This document shows positions 1 to 9,291 of a stretch of DNA of 64,000 nucleotides, one piece after another. The translations under genes and the position numbers were made by a program. Source of the DNA: an uncultured Dehalococcoidales bacterium (GTDB lineage Bacteria > Chloroflexota > Dehalococcoidia > GIF9 > AB-539-J10); NCBI GenBank assembly GCA_964654015.1, contig CAZZHQ010000001.1:6455-70454 (forward strand). Reading direction: 5' to 3'. How positions within the stretch are numbered: the first letter of the stretch is position 1; each line of letters starts with the position of its first letter. The notes under the pieces are model-generated. The model did not search any database, was not told the DNA's origin, and saw nothing but the letters and a program-made list of their open reading frames with translations.

Positions 1-11
1 AGTAGCAGATT

Positions 12-1259
12 ATGACGGCACTGAAGCATGTTTGGTTCATTGCACTGAAAAATTTGAAGATATTTTCCGGGGACCGGCAGGCATTGGTTTTTGCGATACT
101 TTTCCCTTTTATGTTCGTGATTCTGTTCAGTGTTGCCATGAGCAGTATAGGCAGTGAGGATGAGAGGCTAGAATTACACATAGTTACTCAAGAAGATAGA
201 GAGGGCCGCAGTCATTTTATTATCGATGATATGGAAACCGAGGACGAGCTTGACCTTGAGCCTGGTGAGGCAATAATAGTCTGGGATGATGATTATGAGG
301 AGGCTAGAAAGGCCGTAGCCAGCCAAAAAATCGCTGGATTTGTGGCTTTTCCGGAAGACTTCACCGAAGGACTGACAATAGGTTACGGTACCAATCTTAT
401 CGTCGTTGTTGACCCGGGGGCTACCTACGATAGAGCCGCCCTGAACTCGATGGCCGAGGCTATTGCTTCCTACATCGGTATGCAGCACATAGTTAGTGAA
501 GCCATCAGTGAACTATTACTGGAGGGGTGGCTTGATGATACTTCAGATATGGCCCGTATCGGGCATGAATTGCCGGAATTTCTGTCAGCGCAGGGAAATA
601 TACCCATGAGGTCATCGCTGATAGAATTTGAGGTAGAGAAGGTTGGTGAAGTGAGGGCAGAGGAACCATCAAACTTCGTTATTCCGGGATACCTGGTCAT
701 GTTTGTCTTTTTTACTGCTGCCCTCTCCGCGGAAAGCATAGTTCGTGAGCGGCAGAATAATACCCTGGAGCGACTGCTGACCGGTTCGGTCAGACGTGTG
801 TCAATTCTGGGGGGAATATTTATGGGTACAGCTGCCAAGGGACTGATTCAGATAACGATATTCTGGCTGGTTGGTATTCTGGTTTTTAATCTGGACCTTG
901 GCTCTTCCCCTTTCGGGGCCATATTGTTGTCGATACTGATGGTTATCATGTCGTCCGCGTTTGGTTTAATGCTGGCTACTCTGACCAGGACAGAGCGTAG
1001 CGCTTCGGCAATCGCTGTGCTCACTTCTCTTGTGATGGCTCCACTTGGCGGCTGCTGGTGGCCCCTATTTATCACACCCAGGTGGATGCAATTCATTGCA
1101 AAAATAACCCCTCACGGCTGGGCAAACACAGGTTTTAGCAAATTACTGGTTTTTGGTGCTGATTTCAATGCCGCGGTTCCAGAAATGCTGGCGCTTGTTA
1201 TCTTTGCAACCATATTTGGCAGCATAGCGCTATGGCGTTTCCGTGCCAATGCAGTGTAA
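12..1259 (+). CDS. ABC-2 type transporter permease
   Basis: 415-aa ORF. One N-terminal TM helix, a ~170-aa hydrophilic loop, then a C-terminal bundle of hydrophobic helices, as in ABC-2 permeases. The partner ATPase would lie upstream of the window. Confidence 0.7.
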   Translation: MTALKHVWFIALKNLKIFSGDRQALVFAILFPFMFVILFSVAMSSIGSEDERLELHIVTQEDREGRSHFIIDDMETEDELDLEPGEAIIVWDDDYEEARKAVASQKIAGFVAFPEDFTEGLTIGYGTNLIVVVDPGATYDRAALNSMAEAIASYIGMQHIVSEAISELLLEGWLDDTSDMARIGHELPEFLSAQGNIPMRSSLIEFEVEKVGEVRAEEPSNFVIPGYLVMFVFFTAALSAESIVRERQNNTLERLLTGSVRRVSILGGIFMGTAAKGLIQITIFWLVGILVFNLDLGSSPFGAILLSILMVIMSSAFGLMLATLTRTERSASAIAVLTSLVMAPLGGCWWPLFITPRWMQFIAKITPHGWANTGFSKLLVFGADFNAAVPEMLALVIFATIFGSIALWRFRANAV

Positions 1260-1784
1260 GAATGATGTTTATAAAGTAACGAAGAGTAGGCAAGAGGGAC
1301 GCCACAGAAAAGTTCTAAAAGAATGCGTATAATATAGCCATTGCAACAGTGATCAGTAGTGTCACGCCTATCCAAACTTTAGCACCACCCATTCCTGAAA
1401 TATATCCGATCCAAAGTAAGGTTGGAACCAAAAACAACGGTACTACGTCCATTGGTTTACGTACTATATTCTTAAAAATATTGCCAACAGTAATGGAAGG
1501 ATAAGTGCAATTATTAGTATTTTTGTATCTCCCCTCATCTTTATCATAGTTATACCGCCCTCTAAATTTAATTATATTTAGTCGTTAGCTTTAATGGATG
1601 CAGCCAATTTCTTATTCATGAAATCAAAGTAATCACAGTAGTTTTGCATCCAGTTTCTTGTATCCTCATTAGGACTAGATACCTCAATTGTGGGAACATG
1701 AATTAGATTACTAATTGTCTCTGTGATAATTATTTATACTTCTGGATCTAACATGTTTCAATTATGTTACAGGATTAGAAGGTG

Positions 1785-2087
1785 TTAAGATGTCTGGATC
1801 TTGTAGGTATATCCATTGTCAGACTTTACAATCTCTTGGATCTCACAAATATATATTTTAGCTATCACTGGGGGGACGACCGCTTGATCCTTAGCTGGTT
1901 TGATAGTCACTATCTCAGTTCTGTTAAATACCGTGACCTTTGTGTTGATGGTAAACTCCCCCCTTAAACCACCTCCATCCATAACAAGTATATAGCTATC
2001 TTCCGCCAGGAACCAACTGGCACCATGAGCACCATTAATCTCAACTTCTCCCAGAATTATATTCGGTTTTATCCTATCAGTCTCCAT
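1785..2087 (-). CDS. hypothetical protein (100 aa)
   Basis: Open frame with protein-like composition. No motif recognised and only a weak SD. Confidence 0.3.
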   Translation of the reverse strand: METDRIKPNIILGEVEINGAHGASWFLAEDSYILVMDGGGLRGEFTINTKVTVFNRTEIVTIKPAKDQAVVPPVIAKIYICEIQEIVKSDNGYTYKIQTS

Positions 2088-2299
2088 TCATAGAGCCTTC
2101 ACGATATCGACAATGGTCATCATGATAGTAATGGTAGCTCTAGTTCTCGTAATTCCATTCTACTACTGGATTATGAGATGTCAAGAACAAGCTGGACTTG
2201 CTGCATTACTGCTGGACTGTTTTTTAGGGACAGGTCATTGCTAAGGCATAGACGTGCTACAAATGTCTCTTAAAATAGAGGTTTGGTTAGGTAGTTAGA

Positions 2300-2348
2300 T
2301 TAAAAGCTAACTTAAAAGTTCTGCCTATCGTACAGTAGCGCCCACCAT
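2300..2348. repeat. 49-nt repeat, copy A (42/49 identical, ungapped, to 4957-5005)
   Basis: ttaaaagctaacttaaaagttctgcctatcgtacagtagcgcccaccat versus ttaaaagctaattcaaaggttctgcctaacatacggtaccgcccaccat, aligned by hand. Confidence 0.8.
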
Positions 2349-2375
2349 TCCAAAAGACAATTTAGCTTCAGGAAA

Positions 2376-2621
2376 TTCACAAAGTTCACAAGAGATTTAC
2401 TGGATAGATTCCTTCGGTCTAGAGCATCTGGTACAAACCAAAGGACACTAGAACTGTACCACTATGCATTAGACAGGTTTCTTGGCTACCCACTAACCCC
2501 TGAAGATATTAAGAATTACCTTGATAGCCTTACTTGTGGAAATGCAGGTTACATAGCATGTACCCCACACAACTTCCCGAGGCTCCTGCAGAAACTTCAG
2601 GAGGGTTGTGGAGGTAACTAG
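2376..2621 (+). pseudogene. tyrosine recombinase (phage integrase) N-terminal SAM-like domain fragment; catalytic domain absent
   Basis: Translation FTKFTRDLLDRFLRSRASGTNQRTLELYHYALDRFLGYPLTPEDIKNYLDSL matches the integrase N-terminal core-binding pattern. There is no ATG, the frame stops at 2619-2621, and no R..HxxR..Y catalytic domain follows. Confidence 0.6.
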
Positions 2622-2805
2622 TGAAGCCGCTAGTCTATCACAATAGCCAACATGGTTTCAAAAACCCCAGTTAGCCTTAAAAGTACTGCTGGTGCTCTGT
2701 CCTAATGAACAGGTTTACTATCATAGAGGATTCTTCTCTTTCACTTAGCAATTATCCCCTGTAGATTAATAATTCGACTGGGAGGTAGTACCTTAATTTG
2801 GTGGT

Positions 2806-3030
2806 TTAAATGCTCAAATCAATGATTTCATGGTCACCTATGCAACCTACGCCACATGCACTTGTGTCTATGAATTTCTTTTCTTTCTCTGCTTCAGCCA
2901 TTGTTGGATAGAGGGTAACTGCAAGCGCCATACACCATGCAAGAAGGGCATATTGCCCGTCACCTTGTATCCATTCAGCTTTCCTTCCCCATTTTCTCTG
3001 TGCTTTTGCACGCCATACGCTATCAACCAT
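2806..3030 (-). CDS. hypothetical small protein (74 aa)
   Basis: ORF preceded by a GAAGGAGA Shine-Dalgarno about 8 nt upstream of the ATG. No recognisable domain. Confidence 0.4.
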   Translation of the reverse strand: MVDSVWRAKAQRKWGRKAEWIQGDGQYALLAWCMALAVTLYPTMAEAEKEKKFIDTSACGVGCIGDHEIIDLSI

Positions 3031-3372
3031 TTCTTAATCTCCTTCTGATTTCAGATGGCTAAAATCAGTCCCGGAGTAAATATCCCAAACCAATTTCCTG
3101 TATCTCCCGTGTAATCTGAAGATCCTCAGACAAGCCCTCACTGTTTCAGTAGCACTATTATACTCAGCCCTGTGGCCTCTTTGCTACTGACTTATCATCG
3201 CCTCGTTTAGGATTAATGGCTCAGGAATTGAGCCTGTATTGAGTCGGTCGGTCTAGTCTCCTGTTCCATAACGTGATGTAGAACAGTAAACTAGTCTAAA
3301 ACAGTCCAGTTAAATCACATGATAAGATGATCGGCTTTATTATCCCCTTAATATTGAGAGTTACGACCTCTT

Positions 3373-3867
3373 TCACAAGTGCGAGGTGATTTTTGGTTCA
3401 ATCGCTAGAACAACGGAGGCCTCGACCTGACGTTGGGATATCTCCCAGTACTTTTGCAGAAGCTCGTCTTTATCAGGCATTAGTTTAAATCCATGCTTCT
3501 TGTAGAAGTTAATTGCCCAGGTAGCGTCTGCCCAAGTGCCTACAAGTAAGTGCCTGGACTTTGTCATCTTTCGAATATGGTCGAGGAGCCTGCTGCCAAT
3601 GCCCCTCCTCTGATAATCAGGTAATATATAGGCATGCCTGATAAGTGCTACACCTTTAATGGGCTGTAAACCTATTACCCCTACCAGTTTTTCTGGTTCT
3701 TGCCAGCCGAAGAAGGTCATGTTTGTCATTTCATGTTGGAGTTCCTCTTCAGGCATATATGGCTCGTGATAACAGTCGTCTGGTATGACGCCATTGTAGA
3801 CACTAGCTGCTACGTTTATGATGTTGCAGATAGTTGTTTCGTCTTTGCTAGAAAGCCTTTTAATCAT
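3373..3867 (-). CDS. GNAT family N-acetyltransferase
   Basis: 164 aa with an acetyl-CoA binding motif (QRRGIGSRLLDHI) and a GNAT-like beta-alpha layout. Confidence 0.85.
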   Translation of the reverse strand: MIKRLSSKDETTICNIINVAASVYNGVIPDDCYHEPYMPEEELQHEMTNMTFFGWQEPEKLVGVIGLQPIKGVALIRHAYILPDYQRRGIGSRLLDHIRKMTKSRHLLVGTWADATWAINFYKKHGFKLMPDKDELLQKYWEISQRQVEASVVLAIEPKITSHL

Positions 3868-4188
3868 TACGTAGGCATAATACTATTGGAATAGGTACAA
3901 ATACAATTGCAGTAAGTCGCTTCTTAGCTTTAGAGTGATAAACCAGCTTCAGTTAACATTTGCCTGGTTTGTTAATTCATTACGCAAATCGTCAGATTGT
4001 TAGCTATTTGTTCTCTACGACAGAAACGATTATAATCCTAATCTAATAATGTGTCTACAGCCCAAACCCCCCGATAATGACAGCCGTAAGGTAACACCCG
4101 TCATGACGATTGATGCGCAGACGAGCAAAAGATTGGCTATGAGTTAAAAACTTGGAGACAACAAAGATTTCACGCAAGAGGTGGACGG

Positions 4189-4674
4189 ATGCTTAAACTG
4201 AGCGCTAAACAAGTTTCAGAGTTTTATCATCGCAGTTACACTGCCGTAGATGGGCTGTGGTACATGAAGGTTGAAGAGAAATACGGGTGTGACGCGGCAC
4301 TTGAGATTGATAATGACGTCTGGAAAGTTTTGCCAAAAATACAAGCGCGTATGCTTAAGTCCACAGGGAAAATAGAAAACGGAATGGAAGCACTCTTTGA
4401 GTGTCTTACGACAAAGCTGATTCTTGAGGGGTTTAAGTTTGAGACCGAGAAGACTGAGAACGGTAGCGGTTTCAGAGTAATCATTGACAGCTGCCCCTGG
4501 TATGATTTGATGGTGAAATCTGGAAGAGAACATCTCGCTGGAAAGGTAGGGTCCCGCATTTGTAATACAGAGTATTCGGCGTGGGCTTCTGAGTTCGATA
4601 ACGGCATTTGCTTTGAACTACAAAGTCAAATCTGCAGAGGTTCCGAATCCTGTCGACTACAGTTCAGTAATTGA
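4189..4674 (+). CDS. hypothetical protein, possibly DUF6125/ATC-hydrolase-like
   Basis: 161-aa ORF. The family assignment is from memory of similar cytosolic proteins (DGLWYMKVEEKYG, CPW motif) and is weak. Confidence 0.45.
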   Translation: MLKLSAKQVSEFYHRSYTAVDGLWYMKVEEKYGCDAALEIDNDVWKVLPKIQARMLKSTGKIENGMEALFECLTTKLILEGFKFETEKTENGSGFRVIIDSCPWYDLMVKSGREHLAGKVGSRICNTEYSAWASEFDNGICFELQSQICRGSESCRLQFSN

Positions 4675-4956
4675 CATTTTCCGCCCGGGAAATCCAGTAG
4701 AAGGAAAGAGCAGATTCAGCTGAACAAAAAACCAGAATGGTCAATAATGGAGAGGTCATGGCTAAGTAGAAGCTAATTTGACAAATATGGCTAATAGAAT
4801 AGAATAAGGGTACTACACATCAGAGGGGGTGGTGCCTATGGATAAACATTGTAAAGGTACCCTGGGAGTTCAAACTCCCAGGGTACAAATTATTAAGTAT
4901 CATTGGAGAAAAGATACCCGATAGTTAAATTGGTATTAATATACGACTAGATCAGG

Positions 4957-5005
4957 TTAAAAGCTAATTCAAAGGTTCTGCCTAACATACGGTACCGCCC
5001 ACCAT
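4957..5005. repeat. 49-nt repeat, copy B (pair of 2300-2348)
   Basis: See copy A. Read on the minus strand both copies give GGRY..(I/L)GRTF(K/E)LAFN followed by a stop within 3-4 codons. Confidence 0.8.
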
Positions 5006-5119
5006 CCGCTAGCTACAAGAACTCCAACCATTTACAACATCACAGATACAACTCCAGGCTAATCGCAACTGTCACGTAATCGAGCAATGTGTTGAATATG
5101 CATCTTTTAAGTCGCAAGT

Positions 5120-5698
5120 CTACTTCTGGCCATATTGCTCGTTGGAAACAAGTTCGGAGATCTCTTTTCTTGACGGAGTTTTCCCTTCTTCAGCAGGGTA
5201 TCCCAGCGGAGTCATTGCTACCACTTCCATCCCTCTTGGTAATTCGATAGCTTCAGTGACATCGCTCGAATTAAAACCTCCTACATAAACGGTACCCAGA
5301 CCGAGCGCATGGGCTGCCAGAACCAGGTTTTGCATGGCTATCCCTGCATCAAACATGTACCAGTCTCCCTTGTTGGTTAAGGAGACTTTCCAATCACTCC
5401 TGCCAGTGACTTTCTCTCCACCTGTAAATCCAGCTTTGCCAAGTTCAGCACAGACAACAATAACAACGGGAGCTTCCGTGAGTGCCGCTATTGCTGAATT
5501 GCCTGTACGAAGAGAGCTAGCAAGTTGTTTTCGTTTTTCCAAATCTCGTACTACTATATACCTGCTGCACTGGCTATTGGCCCAGGAGGGTGCCCATCGG
5601 GCTGCCTCCAGTACTTTTTGTAAAAGCTCCTCCGGAATAGGATCTGTCTTATAGTGGCGTATACTGCGCCTTGTTTTAATTGCATCCAGAACTTCCAT
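5120..5698 (-). CDS. nitroreductase family protein
   Basis: MEVLDAIKTRRSIRHY...EAARWAPSWANSQ is the classic nitroreductase N-terminus. The ATG at 5698 has an AAAGGAGAA SD, whereas the track start at 5743 has none. Confidence 0.85.
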   Translation of the reverse strand: MEVLDAIKTRRSIRHYKTDPIPEELLQKVLEAARWAPSWANSQCSRYIVVRDLEKRKQLASSLRTGNSAIAALTEAPVVIVVCAELGKAGFTGGEKVTGRSDWKVSLTNKGDWYMFDAGIAMQNLVLAAHALGLGTVYVGGFNSSDVTEAIELPRGMEVVAMTPLGYPAEEGKTPSRKEISELVSNEQYGQK

Positions 5699-5925
5699 AA
5701 TCGTTCTCCTTTCAACGGTTAATATTCCCCAGTATATTAGCACCTCTCAAGCTTCACAAAAAGATAATCCCTAGTCTTTATAATGGCGATCTCTAACAGC
5801 CTATAAAAACTGCGTAATGTCATTCGGTGACATATTGAAATAAAACTGGACTGCACCCCTATGATTGGACAGAAAGGGTTAGGAGAGGCTGGCGGGGAAT
5901 CCTCTTTTATCATCTTTTTCATAGA

Positions 5926-6027
5926 CAGTAATTCCTCGAACTCAGCAGGTGACCGATAATCCAGCGCCGAGTGAAGTCTCTCCTGATTATAGACTTCCTC
6001 GGTGAAATAGGAAAACCTAATCATCAT
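5926..6027 (-). pseudogene. IS3-family transposase C-terminal remnant
   Basis: FTEEVYNQERLHSALDYRSPAEFEE matches the conserved end of the rve integrase core (YN..R.HS.L.Y.SP..FE). A stop lies 2 codons upstream and no rest of the transposase is present. Confidence 0.7.
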
Positions 6028-6166
6028 ACTGGTTCATGCTTTCATCGTGAATATCTGCTTATTAATCAGTATATGAGTGACTATACAAATCTTTACAACT
6101 TTATGTGTTCAATTTCAAGGTTTCACTTCAATCTTTAATTAATAATCCATAATTTATCAGTGTGCA

Positions 6167-6952
6167 TTACAACCCGATACTTTTCTGATGGTTCCTCAAT
6201 TTTTTTATCTCATCGGTGCAGGGATCAACTTCATAAAAAACAAATTCACTATTTTCTTTAGTGAGGAAAATATTCCGCCAGACTAATATTTTTCCGTACT
6301 GAGTATCTATTTCTACTTTTACCAAGCTAAGAGACCAAGGAGAAAGACTATTCTTTATCCAGTGATCTTTAAGCTGGAAAGCCCACCCATCGTGGGCATT
6401 ATAATCGGTTCCCCTGCAGGAGGGACATACATTCGTTTGGTCATTTTCCAAAAATTGTTTTAAAGTTTCAATGCTCATCAAAGGATAAGAATACCCGGCA
6501 GAACCCGCTACGCCAAAGCGAGTGAAGAGTTTTTTTCCTACTTCTACAGTTTTTTTATAACTAATATATCCAGCTATTTCTCCCGATACTTTTTCGGGGG
6601 GTGGTTCTCTTAGACACCCAATCTCTACCTGAAGCTCAGCTTTCTCTTCTTCTAGTTTGGATATTTCAACATCTTTCTCGTCCAATACAGCACTAATTTC
6701 TTCTACTTGGCTATCTTTGATATTCAACTCGGTAATTTTCTCTTTAAGATCGCTCTTTAATCTGTCTCTTTCGGTCTCTACTACTGCTTTTTCATCTTGC
6801 AGCGCAGCTGCTTCAGCTTCTGCTGCTGTTTTCCCAGTTTGCAGCATTGCTACCTGAGACTCCAACTCATTTATTCGGCCGGTAGAGCATCCTGGCGAAA
6901 TTAATCCTACTATCAGAACTGCCAAAGCTATACTTGCAATCTTCTTTTTCAT
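6167..6952 (-). CDS. lipoprotein with coiled-coil region
   Basis: Signal peptide plus lipobox (LISPGC), followed by ~100 aa of E/K/L-rich heptad-like sequence and a Cys-containing C-terminal domain. Confidence 0.6.
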   Translation of the reverse strand: MKKKIASIALAVLIVGLISPGCSTGRINELESQVAMLQTGKTAAEAEAAALQDEKAVVETERDRLKSDLKEKITELNIKDSQVEEISAVLDEKDVEISKLEEEKAELQVEIGCLREPPPEKVSGEIAGYISYKKTVEVGKKLFTRFGVAGSAGYSYPLMSIETLKQFLENDQTNVCPSCRGTDYNAHDGWAFQLKDHWIKNSLSPWSLSLVKVEIDTQYGKILVWRNIFLTKENSEFVFYEVDPCTDEIKKLRNHQKSIGL

Positions 6953-6986
6953 TTCTATTCTCCCCTCAAAAAAGCTAAATTCGCTG

Positions 6987-7205
6987 TCACTCGCTTTTCA
7001 GCTTTTCCAGGTCTTCAAAAACATTGGTCAATTCCTGCCTGGCTTTCCTGAGAGTATCCTCCATGGACTTTATCAGCGAGGCTGCCTCCCTGGCATCATC
7101 AGAAAGCTTGTCCACAGGGGTTTCAGAGCGGTCAAGCCTTTTCAGTATCTCGTCAAGCCGTTCCTCTTTCTCTTCATAGGTCATATTTTCAATTTTGCGT
7201 TTCAT
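6987..7205 (-). CDS. xseB: exodeoxyribonuclease VII small subunit
   Basis: ~72 aa with YEEKEERLDEILKRLDRSETPVDKL, typical of XseB. GGAGGG SD 8 nt upstream of the ATG at 7205. Overlaps the xseA stop. Confidence 0.85.
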   Translation of the reverse strand: MKRKIENMTYEEKEERLDEILKRLDRSETPVDKLSDDAREAASLIKSMEDTLRKARQELTNVFEDLEKLKSE

Positions 7206-8640
7206 TGCCTGTACCCTCCGTTTTCTGAACGACACTCCATGTATAGCCATCGACAAACTGAGTTTCGATTGCTTCATCCTGCTGTAGCTGCGTAACACTC
7301 CGCAGGATTTCACTGCGAAGGTTCCTGGTAATGGTATATCCTTTCCTGAAAATCTGGGTGGGCATCATCGCGTTGAGTTGCCTTTCCATGTTAACCAGAT
7401 TCACTTTTCGCTCAGTAACTATCTTCAGATACCTTGGCAGGTTAATATGACTGGAAGTGGATATTAAACGCTTCCTACTTGAATTTAACGACCAGTCACA
7501 CTGGTGACGAAGTTTCTGATTTTTATTATTGAGAAACATCTTTTTACTGTTAAAGCATTCCTCGAATTGTGACTTTATCTTCAGCGTGCCGTTAGTAAAT
7601 TGCTGCAGTACAAGCTCATACTGTTTCCTGAATCCATTACGAGCTCCCAGTGACTTCCTGGATAACTCACGGCTGGATAACTCCATCCGCCAATCAACAG
7701 TATTCCTCAAACGACCACCGTCAAATTCAAGGCCATGCAGTAATTCTTGAAGAGTATTGACCAGAACTTCAGCGACTGCGGTTGGCGTCTTGAAGCTCGA
7801 ATGTGCAACAACATCCAGGACGCCAGTATCAATCTCGTGTCCTATACCTACCCATACAGGTACGGGGCACTTACTGATGGAGCGAGCAATCTGTTCGTTG
7901 TCGAACCATGCCAGGTCAAGCTGCGAACCTCCTCCTCTCACGATACAGATAACATCCACTTTTGCCTTTGCCAGAAGCTTAATCGCTGAAACCGTTTCCC
8001 TTTTGGTATTCTCCCCCTGCATAGTGCAGTCAGCAAGTATTACCTGAAAAGAAAATGCTGAGCTAAAAAGCGTTTTTGTAAAATCGTTATAGGCAGCCGA
8101 CTCTTTTCTGGTGATCAAACCTATTCGCAATGGAGCAGGGGTCAGGTAAGTTTCTGTATTCTTCTTAAGTACGTTTTCCCGGGATAACTTTTCAATAATT
8201 TGCCTGCGGTTAAGATTTATTTGTGACTCGCCAAACGAGGGGTCAATATCATAGATATTTAGACTGAGGCCGTATACTTCATGGTAGCGCACGGCGCAAA
8301 GGACGCAGACTTCGCTATTGTCCTGTAACGCATCCGGCATACCCGCCTCACGTAGTTTATTAAGGATTTCATTGTATTCCCCCTGCCAGATAATCGCCCT
8401 GATTTGCGCAATTATATTTCCCTTCTCATCTACATCGGTAAGCTCACAATAGTAGTTTTTATAACTGGTAGTACTCCTGGGTACAACCAAATGAGCTCTA
8501 ACCCAGAACTCCTGGTTGGACAAATCCAGGAGAGATTTCTTGATAGATGACGTTATTTCCTGTAATTGATATATCTTGTTTGCTGGATCCCGGTGAATAA
8601 ATGCTTTCATTGTAATCAGTTGTTCCCTGTTTATATGCAA
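7189..8640 (-). CDS. xseA: exodeoxyribonuclease VII large subunit
   Basis: 483 aa with an N-terminal OB fold, catalytic region (RGGGS, DLAWFD) and long helical C-terminus. Start is either TTG at 8640 or ATG at 8610. Confidence 0.85.
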   Translation of the reverse strand: MHINREQLITMKAFIHRDPANKIYQLQEITSSIKKSLLDLSNQEFWVRAHLVVPRSTTSYKNYYCELTDVDEKGNIIAQIRAIIWQGEYNEILNKLREAGMPDALQDNSEVCVLCAVRYHEVYGLSLNIYDIDPSFGESQINLNRRQIIEKLSRENVLKKNTETYLTPAPLRIGLITRKESAAYNDFTKTLFSSAFSFQVILADCTMQGENTKRETVSAIKLLAKAKVDVICIVRGGGSQLDLAWFDNEQIARSISKCPVPVWVGIGHEIDTGVLDVVAHSSFKTPTAVAEVLVNTLQELLHGLEFDGGRLRNTVDWRMELSSRELSRKSLGARNGFRKQYELVLQQFTNGTLKIKSQFEECFNSKKMFLNNKNQKLRHQCDWSLNSSRKRLISTSSHINLPRYLKIVTERKVNLVNMERQLNAMMPTQIFRKGYTITRNLRSEILRSVTQLQQDEAIETQFVDGYTWSVVQKTEGTGNETQN

Positions 8641-8689
8641 GCATTATACCACTCCAGATGGCACGCATTGCTTGTTAAAGACTATTGCA

Positions 8690-8935
8690 TGATGAGATTC
8701 TTCGCTTCGCTCAAGAATGACCTCCTCTCTTATAATACCCACTCTCTCATGTCATACCCGCGAAAACGGGTATCCCCCATCAGGCTCATTTCAAGACGGT
8801 GTTCTCACTGTTACATACGCATGGAACTTTAGAAATGTAAGCTTGTGGCGGTACCCAGCCTGCCCCGATACCGGGTAGATTCCTGCTACCTGCTTTCGCA
8901 GGCACAGGTTTCGCAGGAATGACATAAGGGACGCA
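8690..8935. repeat. cluster of REP-like palindromic units
   Basis: Hairpins atacccg-cgaaaa-cgggtat (8754-8773) and attcctgc...gcaggaat (about 8880-8930), plus a cgcttcgctcaagaatgac unit. Translations such as SYPRKRVS and FAGMT resemble widespread junk-ORF palindromic repeats. Confidence 0.55.
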
Positions 8936-8999
8936 GGAGTGCCACAAGCTATATTGTTAGACTGGTTTGTTCAATAATGCTTCAGAAAAGAGAAACTAT

Positions 9000-9046
9000 T
9001 AATGGATTTCAGCGCAGTGAGAAGTAATTGGTTTAACAGGACAGAT
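9000..9046. repeat. perfect 47-nt direct repeat, left copy
   Basis: taatggatttcagcgcagtgagaagtaattggtttaacaggacagat is identical at 9000-9046 and 10288-10334. The flanking bases differ on both sides. Confidence 0.95.
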
Positions 9047-9202
9047 GAGGTGGTGGTGGCTTTAATGCTAGTTGAAAATGTAGTTATTAATTTTGAAAAA
9101 TGGATCTCTGATGATAGAATCAATTTAGCCAAGTTTGCGGTACCAAGGTATTTGAGAGTGATGGATGATTTTCCAAAAACACAAACAGGAAAATTAAGTT
9201 AA
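9047..9202 (+). pseudogene. C-terminal fragment of an AMP-dependent synthetase/acyl-CoA ligase
   Basis: EVVVALMLVEN...LAKFAVPRYLRVMDDFPKTQTGKLS matches the ligase C-terminal motif (LA.YK.PR...F.D.LPKT.TGKI). Homology starts exactly at the repeat boundary, and the ATG of track ORF 9002 is supplied by the repeat. Confidence 0.7.
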
Positions 9203-9291
9203 GATAAAGAAGGTGTTACATTTGATACTTGGCAAAATCAAAATAGATAATTAACATGTTATAAACTATTTAATATTTTTGGGAGGTGATA

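Noticed and set aside
1315-1452. 45-codon hydrophobic ORF (MDVVPLFLVPTLLWIGYISGMGGAKVWIGVTLLITVAMAILYAFF) downstream of the ABC-2 permease on the minus strand
   Set aside because: There is no SD upstream of its ATG and no supporting context, and AT-rich DNA easily yields hydrophobic short ORFs. It is left unannotated.
2300-2348. tRNA 3'-end fragment (att site) or integron attC interpretation of the 49-nt repeats
   Set aside because: Both copies end in gcccacca, which resembles an acceptor stem plus CCA. However, no T arm (GTTCRANYC) or pairing 5' acceptor strand can be folded, and the RYYYAAC/GTTRRRY attC core sites are not present. The coding-relic reading fits better.
9002-9202. 66-aa ORF as an intact gene
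   Set aside because: Its ATG and first 15 codons come from the 47-nt repeat. The remainder is only the C-terminal tail of an acyl-CoA ligase, so it is a junction artefact or pseudogene rather than a functional gene.
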